Assembly: GCA_040954595.2 (NCBI GenBank)
Contig: CM082594.2
Span: forward strand, 1,072,247-1,136,246
DNA length: 64,000 bases
Direction of reading: 5' to 3'
Source of the DNA: Balanoglossus misakiensis
Taxonomy: Eukaryota; Animalia; Hemichordata
Shown: piece after piece, positions 13,238 to 25,200 of the stretch
Numbering within the stretch: position 1 is the first letter of the stretch
Layout: every line of letters starts with the position of its first letter
The notes under the pieces: model-generated
The model's database searches: none
Told to the model about the DNA's origin: nothing
What the model saw: only the letters and a program-made list of their open reading frames with translations
Translations under genes and position numbers: made by a program

Positions 13238-16200
13238 AGCTGCAAGCAGCGTTGAAGGGGCCCAAGCATAGAGTTAATAACCATTAGACTCCATTCAGGG
13301 TTGTACCATTCAAATGCGTAGGCTGTATTTGCTCTGGATGTGGAGATATGGGGAAGTAGGCAACCACCCGAAATGGATGTCTTACAAGTACAAACACAAC
13401 AACCAAAGGTGAACTTCTACGTTGTAAGTACTTCAGTTACTTCAAAGGTCAGCTGAGGGTATCCAAAAATTGGGCCAAAAATTAGGATTCTTATTTGGTT
13501 CATATTCAAGACAACGGAAAATCCTCGCTGTTTGGGTTTGTCAAATTAGATATGGCCATAATAATGAGTTACGCAAGTAAGTTACAGGTAGCCCCTAAAA
13601 TTTAGCATTTCATGACGCAGAGGGTCCTACCCTACCCCTCCAAACACCTGGCTATACATGATGTGCGTGCTAACATATGGAAAGCAGGTCAATGGACACC
13701 TGATGTCACCCAAAAATTTGACAAAAATGTTCATTCCTGTTTATGTCATGTGCAAGAAATCCTACATTTGCAGCCCTTTCACTTAGCCTACCATTAGGTA
13801 TGCACGTAATACATGAATCAAGCAGGTGTCGCAGGTATCCGCCTGTATTTGGCATTTCATGATAGTTTCGCTCGGAATACCAAAGCTGCACTTGTACAAC
13901 GGGCTGAGATATGGCACTGTACGACAGAGGTCATCCAAATCAACTTATACATTTGGGCAAAAACAAACTGACACTTACATTCGTCCCTGTGGAACAAAAA
14001 CCACACCTATTGCCCTGTTGGTTAGGCTGCATTCACAAACACCTCTGGAGGGGGGTGGGCAGGAGAATTGAGGGGGGGATTTGAAAAAATTTAGGGTATG
14101 TAAGGGGGGGATTTGAAATAATTTTGGGACTGTAAAGGGGGGGGGGGCTTGAAAACTTTGAGGACTAAATATTTATTTTGAGTCCACAAAAATGCAGTTT
14201 TGAACCCTTCATAATACAACATTTTCTAATGTGGGAGGGGAACACCCCCTCCCACACCCACCCCCGTCATTCATCAGCACCTTTAAATCATTGACTGTTT
14301 TATCTAGTGTCCCAGGTCAGGGGACTTGCCCCCACCCCATGATAACTTTGAGCAGCGACGGTTAAATTTGTCCTCCCCAACATACCGGTAGTTGAGTTAA
14401 TTTGCTTTTGCCGGGTTCATTAAAATGCAGTTGTGAACTCTGTATTTTATAAAATTTTCGTACGTGGGAGGGGGACACCCCCTCCCAAACCCACCCCCTT
14501 CACTTCTCGATTTACAATGTCTCCCAACACAGAATACTAAGTTAAAAAAAATAGAAACAATTATGTTCAGTTTTAATACCCACTGATAAGGGGAAACATC
14601 AGTTTCAAATTCTTTTCATGAGAGCGCTGTTTTTCTTTTTTACAAGATAGATAGGTGATGTGTTTTGCTGTGTGAAAGAAAATTGGGGGGGGGGGGATTT
14701 GAAAATTTTAGCAGTTCGGAAGGGGGGGATTTGAAAATATTTCGGGTTGTTGAGGGGGGCATGTGAAAATTAACGGTAAAAAAAATTGAATTCTCCTGCC
14801 CCCCCCTCCAGAGGTGTTTGTGAATGCAGCCTTAGTGTCCAATTAAATGTACAAAATCAATGACTTAGGCAGGTGCAACAGGTGACCCCGCCTTTGGTAT
14901 ATCTTTATGGTCCCATCCGTATATGCCCCCCCCCCCACGCCAAAGCTGCATGCATCTGCTGTGGATGCTCACTAAGCAAAAGTAGGTGAAATGTCACATA
15001 AGATCGCCCATAAGGCTGCATTCACAAACACCTCTTGAGGGGGGGGGGGGGAATTCAATTTGTTTTACCGCTAATTTTCACATGCCCCCCGTACACAACC
15101 CGAAAAATTTCAAATCCCCCCCTTCCGAACTGCCAAAATTTTGAAATCCCCCCTCCCCATTTTCTTTCACAGAGCAAAACACATCACCTAGTATCTATCT
15201 TGTAAAAAAAGAAAAACAGCGCTCCCATTTTTTATGTATTTGTATCCTGTGTTGGGAGACATTGTAAACCGAGAATTGAAGGGGGTGGGTTTGGGAGGGG
15301 GTGCACGTAAGAAAATTTTATAAAATACTGAGCTCAAAGCTGCATTTAATTAGAAAATTTTGTAAAATAAAGGGCGCGAAACTGCATTTTTGTGGACTCA
15401 AAATAAATATTTAGTCGTCAAAGTTTTCAAGTCCCCGCCCTTTCAGTCCCAAAATTATTTCAAATCCCCGCCTCAATTCTCCTGCCCCCCCCCCTCCTGA
15501 GGTGTTTGTGAATGCAGCCTAACTTGACAGGAAAATCGGACTTCATATTGATCCATTTGCAACAAATACCACACTAGCATCCCTTTCATTGACCCCACAA
15601 TTACGCATGCACATAATTGAGTTACGCAGGTGTCACAGGTGACCCCCGAATCGGGCGTATTATTTTGGTCCCATACAGCTGCATGAAGCTGCGTGCCATT
15701 ACGGGCGATCTGATAACCCCCACGGCCACCTGCGGGCCAACCCCCATACTGAACGTTCAGTTGCAACGTCACGACTGAAGTAGGAACTGTTGAACGGCAA
15801 AGAAGCCTGATCTCTGATTATTGCTGGTACCATACTCCCTTCGTGCAAGAAAATCATTGGTCTGCTGCCGCAATACATTGAATGTTAACCAGTGCAGGTA
15901 TTTAAGGGTGTCGAAAAGACAAGAGTGAGGGGCCAAAGTGCGGGACACGCACAGTGCAATAAATGGCACTCTGCGGGAATTCACGCACAATGCAATATAT
16001 TCGACTCTGCGGGAATACGCACACTGCACAAGATGTGGGAGGACCCTTGACTTTGATTACATTTGAATTTCGAGGAGTTCGATCGTGTTTTTGACAACGT
16101 CCGACGACATTCGGGCGAATGATCGGGCGATCAACCACCCACGATCGACATTTTCTACTTTCATGTTGCATTTCGAGGAGGTCGATCGTGTTTTTGACGA

Positions 16201-19200
16201 TGTCCGACGACATTCGGGCGTTGAAAATAATAAATGATCGGGCGATCAACCACCCACAATCGACATTTTCTACTGTCCTGATGTTGCATTCGTAAGTGGT
16301 AAACCCAATGACCAACAGAGCAAGGTCCGTTCCCTGCGTGTCGGATCACATCCCATCGCGCAACAATTTCGCTGGAGACTGTCGCTGCACTCACGCCATA
16401 TGCACATCTTTGCGTTCTAATTCGAGCGGGAAGTGAGTTATCCCGTCTATGCTTGTTCCGGAAAACCCGTGTTATGACGTCAAGGTCATTCATTGATACA
16501 AGATCGCACTGTTGACGTGCGACGCGTTTGCAAATCAAAATCCACGCAAACGATTTTCCGGGCAGGACTATGACATGTTCACAGGATGAATGCACTGCAA
16601 AAAACGTGATGTCTGCAGAGCATGTATGTGCCATCACCCATATGACAGGCTGCAGCTTCATGAACACGAGCTAGAAACAAAGGCCATGCGTATGTACGTG
16701 TGCACGTTCCGTGTCTTCTCCTTGCTATATGCATTCGCGTTCCGAAAACACACGGTAAAACTCATCAAAATGTGTTGTTATTTTATATGCGATGTCTGTA
16801 CAGTGTGCACGCAATTTTCGCCTTTTATGTGCCAAATAAACTATTGAAACTTCTGTTGTCATGCTCTTGTCTTGGTATTTTTCTTCTTCTTGGCATCGCT
16901 ATTAAACCTCTCTTGTACATATACGTTCAATTTTAGAGATAACGTGTAGGCCCCCTCAAAGAAAGCCGGTTGCCCCCTCAAAGAAAGCCGGTGTTGCTAG
17001 TTTGGCATTTGTTGCTAGTATTCTGAATATCTCCCCTGTGACAGCACAAGTCCACGAGCACCTGTGGTCCGAGGTCTGGGACCGTCGATTTTAAGTGTGT
17101 TAAAAGTAAAGCAAACTTAACCTCAAAACTGAATATTTTCCCTATACTTGAACATGCATAATTACAATAGAATAAATTAAAATAAAAGACTAAATGAAAT
17201 CAGATCTTTAAACCAAATAGTGTTTTGAATAGAGCAATTACTACTCTATATCATATATAAAAGACAAAACAAATACATTAAAAAAAATTTCCAAGTGTCC
17301 AAAAAAATTATTCTTTTGTTTTTATACATGTTAAGTCTATGGGCATTATTTCAGTCTATTTTGCAACAACATTTGGAATACTTAATGGCGTCCAATCTCA
17401 AAAGTGTAAACTTTTTTATATTCTAGAACATCTCATGATGGTTTCTGGAAAGTTTCATCTTTGAAATGCTTAAAATAAAAAAATAATCTTAAAAAAGCAA
17501 AGTGTATATTAAAAAAAGCTAATTTACAGCTAATTTACAGAAGTTTGCTTTTTGGTCAAAAAAGTGCTTTTATGTTAAAATATTTAAATGTAACTTTTGT
17601 CAAGAGTTTATAGATAGACACTCTACTTGTGTACCAAATTTCGAGGTCAAAGGTCAAAGGATAATGAAATCCGACATAGGTAAACCAACAACTATAAGCA
17701 ATGGCGAAGTTGACCTTGACCTTCGAATTTCAAAATTTTTTCACCACACCACATTAAAACAACTTATTATCAATCTATCCTGTAATTTTCAGTGGTTTCC
17801 AACTATATTAAGGGGGTGACACCGCGTACCCTAAAAAGTATGTTTTTTTCAATAGGTTTTTCCGCAATAACTTTTCAAGGTCAAGTTCAAAGTTGGTCAA
17901 ATTTTAGTATGTTATAAAACTCGCCGAGACCTTTCTGAAAATATATAGTTTGTTATGGTTTATGTAAAATTTAAAAGTACCTACCAAGAAATCCGTCCAT
18001 GCACAATTTGGACTTGCCGTCTGGAGCAACTTGCATATACCCACCAAGGCATTTTTTTGGCCTTTCTAAAAATGTTTTTTTTTAAAGGCTGGGGTTAGAC
18101 AGGGGACCAAAATCAATAACAACAACCTAAAAGATAACAAAATAAATCCAAACAATTTTTTCTAACCCTCTTTTTTTGGCCAAACAAGACATAAGTTGGG
18201 CATTGTGGGACTCGACCTTAAAAAACATGGAAGGGTTGACTTGTTTTTGTTGATATTTTTTGTTGTTGTTGTTTACATGTTTACCTACATTGTATCAAAA
18301 GGAGGGGTAAAAAAAACATTGGCAAGGCAGTAGGGTTAGAGCCCGAAATCTCAGGTCCCCTAATGCCCGTTGGACCCTAATTAGGGTTAGGGTTAGGGGG
18401 TTTAAGATCACATACTGGTACATGTGTATGTTTTGTGAGTTGTGTGATGTATTTTGTAGTACAAGGGATGTCAATACATCCATACAGGAGTGCCTATATG
18501 AGCGCAAGTCTCTTTTCAGGATTTCTCTGTAACACTTCAAATTTTTGACATTATCGGTGTCATCCTTGCACAAAAATTAATGACCCTCCCCTTGACAAGT
18601 GCCCAAAACGTAGCGGCCCTCCCCCAAACCGTTGCATGAGAAATGGTGACCCTCCCCCCAATCGCACCGGCCCTCCCCCCTTGTTAATTCTGACCAGGCC
18701 CTTACCGCGCGGCCGATGCCTCCCCTAAGTTGGCAGTAGTTTCGACTAGAATTTCCACTGCAAACCAAAACATGGTTCATGCACGCAAACTTATGTAAGA
18801 GTAAAAGCTCGGGTCATCAGTAACATGTGTCTGAAATATTGCATTTTCTTGTGTGAAAGTTTTGCCATCCAACGTGCATGTAAGGCTGTGCATGAATGTA
18901 CATTGTACTGCACTGTAAACTTGGACATTGCATTACCGCAAGGATTTAATTTCATTCCACCAACAAATCAGGGCCATGGGCAGATATTCACCCATTTAGG
19001 CCGAAACCATCACTTTTAGCTTTCAATAGTTAACATGACTTTAGTTGGGGTCTTAATCGGCAACGGGGCTGAAATCGGCAGCTTTACCTGCCGATCTTAT
19101 CCCTTAGAAGCCATGGTTTGTTTGTCAAGGCATGCGCGGGGACGTATTCGGCATGGTGCCGAATTCGGCACAACACCGGGACTAAAATAAAATGTTTGCT

Positions 19201-22200
19201 GATAAAAATGTTAATGGTGTTGCATCATTTTGTCGTTCATCCTGGAGTGACTGTGATCCTGTCAATCATATTGCGACAATTATTTTTTTCAAGGTTGTAC
19301 CAATAAAAACCTAACATATCCAATAGTGTTTGTCGTTTATTTATTATCTTATTTGGGGTGCCCCCGATGCCTACACATGTACATACTTCGTACTGTATTA
19401 CGTTCGCTTCTGCTTTTAATCTCGTTTGAAATGCCGTTTTCTTCGTGTATACGTTTGCATTTGTGCCTAATCTTGAAATGTTTTTGGGCTCACGTGATAA
19501 AACCGCGATTATTTGACCCTTTTTGTGAGATTTTTATTATGTGTTGTATTCTTTGGGTTCATTTTGTTTTACTGATAAGGGTTTTCCTTCATGTCTACGT
19601 GATGCTAAGATGCTCTATGTGAATCGGTCTGGGCGGGGTTCATCGGTACGCTCATTTTGCGCAAGGCAATCTGCGCCACTCAACTAATATTTCTCTATGA
19701 ACTGGTTGACATGTAGGATGAGTCGGTAGAAGGGAAAATAAACTTATAAGACCGTTTCATTTTATAAGCAGTCTCATTTAGAATGATGTCCCATCGGATG
19801 CAATACTTATGCTAAAAGTATACCTACTGGCACAGAAATTTAAGTTCAACCAAGACTTCATCGTCACATTCGACCGAGTTAAAACATAAATAATCACTGT
19901 GGACAAATACTGTGGAAGTTATATCTCACGGTGGTATTTCCTCCCGAGTAGAATGGTTAAAAGCACTAATAGCTCGATAATCGGAGTGAGAAAAACGAAC
20001 AACATTTACACCTGTTTTCAGTTATTGCCTTGTTCGTTTTATCACAGACAATTTGACTACTAGTATTTTTCTGTGGTTTTATTCCATGAGAGTAGCGTGT
20101 TGACTGAAGAACTTGTGGAGATCATTATTGCCTACATTTGTGAACTCTGTTATAGCGCTCAACAGAAACAAATTTTAAAACCTTGTTGACTGACATCTTA
20201 GTTGACAACCTTTTGCTTTCCCAAGTTGTAGGCCTACTCAATATATGATATTCATTTTGCAGTTTTTTCTCGAACAACTTCCTACCGATAAGGTCGTCAC
20301 CCGGTGACCAGCACACAGACTTGTACACCGTAACGCCATTCAAGGCCGTGATGTCGGGCGAGACTTAAAGTTATCAGAAATTGATTAAGTTCGTGGTTAC
20401 AACAACTCACACATATTCATAATTATAGGCCAATGTACCGAAATATCGTACGTTCGTTCAGTGCAGCACTCAAATGATATAGTTTTATAATAGGTCTGGT
20501 ATGTTAGTCTTGCCAGTTCGCGTTCTTATTGCCGAAAGTTGGGTCATTTAGCTCGCTATCATCAACGGTGTAGTATGGTAATGTGGTGATAGGACGACGA
20601 TGTAATAAGGGGTCAAAGGTGGAAGATCCTCGGAATCTGACGAAAGATGGGTGAGGGACGATCGTTTAGGGTAGCCTCGATTTCGTTGAGGACCGTCTGT
20701 AGCTCATCAACAGACACGAAGCGTCGACCTAGAACTTTTCTGTGAGATATTTTAGTGGGGAGCGCGTTTTGGTATAAAACACCATTCTACGGGGCAATTT
20801 GCATACAATTAGTGTTAAACACACCTGTTCTCGCACGTTTAGTACAGGGTAAAGGTCACTTGCCCGTCGGACAAAAGACTTTTATTTTTCACTTGTCCGG
20901 GCTGTCCGATCTTCTCTATGTCATGATGCAGTTCCCAAAGAAGTACCAAAGGCAACAGTGGCAGTCACTGACTGCACACTTTGACAAATTTCACACGAAA
21001 ACACAGATTAAAGCTGCAGTTGTTGCAACGTTTTTCGATCCCGTCACCAAGAAACGGATTTTTGTCATCCATGGCACCCAGCCACTTGCCAGAACCCTTG
21101 AAGCAAACGTTTCAACATTTCTGACTGTACCAGCGCATCCTAGTGATGATAATGATCAACAACCCCCAGAAAGCGTACTGCCAGATCTAAGAAACCACCA
21201 TAAGAAGAAGCTCTCTTCGTTCACTTACTATGATGTAAGAGAACTTTTACCAGCATTGGTAAAATGCACCACAAATCGTGCCCAACCTTTGTGGGACAGA
21301 CCAGACATGAAGCCAGTATGGTGGCCAGCCGAAACACCGTACTGCAACCCCAGTCGGCCCGGTAAAGTGGTTGCTTCAACGTCTTCGTGGGTCACGCGCA
21401 TGAAAGACGTTGCTAAGTCATGTTACCAGTATTATGGACAGGTCGAGTTGACAGGTACGTACCATTTAAACGGTTATTTAATTAGAATGGTGAAAGTTTG
21501 CTAGACATTACTCCTGAGAATGTATAGATTCAGCAATAAACAAAATCATCCGTTTTACACGAGCTATACATTCTTTTGAGATGAAGGCCTTGAAAACGAA
21601 CATCGACTGACAAAGTTTAATTAACCACAGTACCGAAAATGACGTTTTTTTGTTAAAAGTGGTTTTTAATTTTGTTCAGCTGGTCTCTTGGTAAGTACTT
21701 CTCTGCAAAACAGTGAGAATATTTTGGCTTACTAAACTTGTTCTCACTTTTTCACAGGCGATGATGAAGACAGTAGGCCTACTGATTGTCCGACTGGTGA
21801 GGGTGCAGCGGTTACCCGAGACCCACAACTTGAAAGCGATATTGCCCAATTTTTCTCAGGCAATAATGAAGTCAGTAGGCCAACTGATTGTCCGACTGGT
21901 GAGGGTGCAACCCAATATCCACAACCTGAAAACGATATTGCTGGGCATTCTATTATAGGTAAGCGTGTCTTTTATTGCAACTATAATGTAGATCGTGAAG
22001 AGTCATAGTCTACAAGGTAAATGTTTTTAGCCTTGACTGTAAAAAAGAAAATGTAAAAATCATACACCAGGGTCCAGTACATACATTTTTGTTCTATTCG
22101 CATCATACAGTAAAATTATTCGTGCAGATTCAAATTCGAAGTAAATTCCTCGATATCATCACTTGTTGCGCTTTTCTTGTTTTTTTTTTTTTTTTTTTTT

Positions 22201-25200
22201 TTTGCTGTTTGCGATGCATCGTACGTGTCATGTGAGACACTGTCGGGAGTTTGGACTTGGGTTTGTCGTGTCGAATTCACCTATGTCAAATTTATAAGCC
22301 ACAGTCCCTCAAGAAAGACGGTCGGGAATCGCCCATTGTTCGGACGTGCGAATGAGGGGATTAGCTGTAGGATGCGCATTATGGTCACGTGACCACCTTA
22401 GAGTTGCGTTTTTTCCCCTTGGAAGCAAGCGGCAGTCGCCCTACTATCTATGATTTTCCCGATATGTTAGTTATGTTTGTGGAGGAACTGTGTATAAGCC
22501 AACTGACATCATTTTGTAGGTTTATATGATTCCGCTGGCAATTTTCAGGATCTAATACATTTGAATGCACCATACGATACGTGACAATTTTATATTGAGT
22601 GTGCTCCGAGAAAAGTAACAGCGCAAAAATAGAGGACAGCGCGACATTGCACATTTATACGATATCGGATATTTATCGTCTAGTATCGTCTAAAACATTA
22701 AACTAGACTGTACTTTAACAACAACTTTGCCTGCTTCCCGACTATGTCGGACCTCAAAAATATCCGATAGTATCGATACTATCGATACTAGAGGCTAGTA
22801 TCGTCTAAAACGTTAAAGTAGACTGCACTTTAACAGCAACTTTGCCTGCTTCCCGACTATGTCGGACCTCAAAAATATCCGATAGTATCGATACTATCGA
22901 TACTAGAGTCTAGTATCGTCTAAAACGTTAAAGTAGACTGCACTTTAACAACAACTTTGCCTGCTTCCCGACTATGTCGGACCTCAAAAATATCCGATAG
23001 TATCGATACTATCGATACTAGAGTCTAGTATCGTCTAAAACGTTAAAGTAGACTGTACTTAAACAACAACTTTCAATACTAGACGATACGTGGTGTACTG
23101 ACCTCTTGAGCCGTCAGTGTGGATTTTGTGTTTTTAACGTTTGGCATTTTCAGTCATGTGTATGTGTACATTTACCCAATTTAGTTCTACAATATTTACA
23201 AAGGTCATTTTCATCTTTTCTCTATAAAGGCACAAACACAGAAGTTGGAGCAGTGCTATCATTCATACAGCATGAATCAGATCCTCACTACCTCACACAA
23301 GATCTGAGTACAATAAATTTTGAGGATCTTGGTAAGAAATATCCCTATTACAATGTATTACTTTCTTTATCACAGTGAAACCTCTCCAAGTTCTATGTTT
23401 AACCTCGACCATGTGGTGGAGTGATCGTGATTTAATATGTCTTAGCAAACTTAAATATACTTAAATATACTTAAACAACAAGCCAACCAACAGGGGAAAA
23501 CGGGTTGTAACTGGAGAGATACAGACTGAATTTCTTGCTTACAATCCTTTAATCAAAACAATCACTCTTTATCTGTCCATTCAGTATTTATCTCTCCTGT
23601 TACAAGCAGTTTGTTCCACTCTGGTCAGTTTGATTGCTATCATTGTCATTATGAATTTTGCAATTACTTAAGCAATAAAACACCCCCAGCCATGGTATAC
23701 CACGAGATTTTTGACCAGTTCACGACATATACGCACGAGCGATAGCGAGTGCGTATATGGAGTTGAACTGGTCAAAATCGAGTGGTATACCATGGCTGGG
23801 GTGTTTTATTGCTATTATATTATGCCAGTATATTGAAACTTTGCATATAACATTTTAAAAAGGCATTTTCTTTGACTATGATATATGACTGTGGTATATG
23901 GCTAATATATCACGGTCACGTGTCGTGTCTCGACCAATCAAATAGCGTGATTTACACCATCAATATACGGTATAATATAATAATTATTTAATAATAATGG
24001 TGTTAATGATTTTGTATTTGAATACACATAGTCATTTAAATGTGACTAGGACAATTATTATAGTTTAACCTTTGTTCAGTGGTTGTTTCATGTACTTCTT
24101 GTATGGAGAGAGGGATACCTCAGTGTTAAAAAATACCAAATTTTGCTATGTGTCTGTAAAAAGGGGTAAAAGCCATTATGTAGTCAATAGGTTTTTAATT
24201 TTTATGTTTTACCTGTGTTCTGATGACTTAAGTAAAACTATTGAATAATGTCAACCAATACACTTCTATATTTCATTTTCTTTTCAGGTTCACATCCCAT
24301 TCACCCATCACCCCAGCCAGCAACTCCATCAGCCAACAGTTCCATCAACACAAGTGCAGAATTATCACCAGTGTCTTACACACTACCACAGCAACAGCCA
24401 GCAGCACAAATCCAACAGCCAGAATCACCACCAGCAGCACAAATCCAACAGCCAGAATCACCACCAGCAGCACAAATCCAACAGCCAGAATCACCACCAG
24501 CAGCACAAATCCAACAGCCAGAATCACCACCAGCAGCACAAATCCAACAGCCAGAATCACCACCAGCAGCACAAATCCAACAGCCAGAATCACCACCAGC
24601 AGCACAAACCCAACAACCAGCATCACTACCGCCACGCCGCAGTCAACGGTCAGGAAGGAAGACCAGAAAAGTTCAAGATGATGAAGAACTGCAACAAGAG
24701 CTGGCAACCCTGAAGAAACTCCACCAAATGAAGAAATCAGGGGACCTTCTTGACCTGGTGCTCAGTTGCCCAATTCCCAAAAAAAAGCGTCGGACAAACC
24801 CATTCCATCTAGTGGCCCTAAAAAGACAAAATCCCACTGAGTACAACAGATTATTAACTGCATTTGAAGCATCAGAAGTTAGTGTGAATGTGGTTCTCCA
24901 GTTCATGCACCAGCACATAAAACAGTTCAAGAACCTGCAAATCGATCATGCAGAACAAGTTTTGGGCTTCATTTGTCAAAAACTCAACTTATGAGTTGAT
25001 ATTTTCATTGTCTTTTAACTCTTTTTCCCATTCTTGTCTTTCTGTGTTAATTAATGTACATTTCAAAACGCAGTTATCAATCTGTTGTATTCTGCGGGAT
25101 TTTGTCTTTTTAGCTGGGAAAATGGGAATTTGGTCAAAACTCGGTAACTTAATTATTGGTCAGATTGCTTTGCAAAGTGGTGTGTACTTTATTGAGACAT

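Noticed and set aside
15902-16667. Minus-strand ORFs of 137 and 168 aa as a third transposon gene
   Set aside because: They overlap the TIR and subterminal repeats, and show no recognisable domain or splice support.
18378-18398. Interstitial telomere
   Set aside because: Only about three TTAGGG units, too short to be meaningful alone.
24241-24713. Alternative-frame repeat ORFs (TTSSTNPTARI, HHQQHKSNSQN, antisense hydrophobic)
   Set aside because: Shadows of the 33-bp repeat; only the PAAQIQQPESP frame is in phase with the upstream exons and continues into a structured C-terminus.
20923-24994. Calling this gene the host NRF1 orthologue
   Set aside because: Too divergent from the highly conserved NRF1 DBD, lacks the NRF1 N-terminus and lies inside transposon TIRs.
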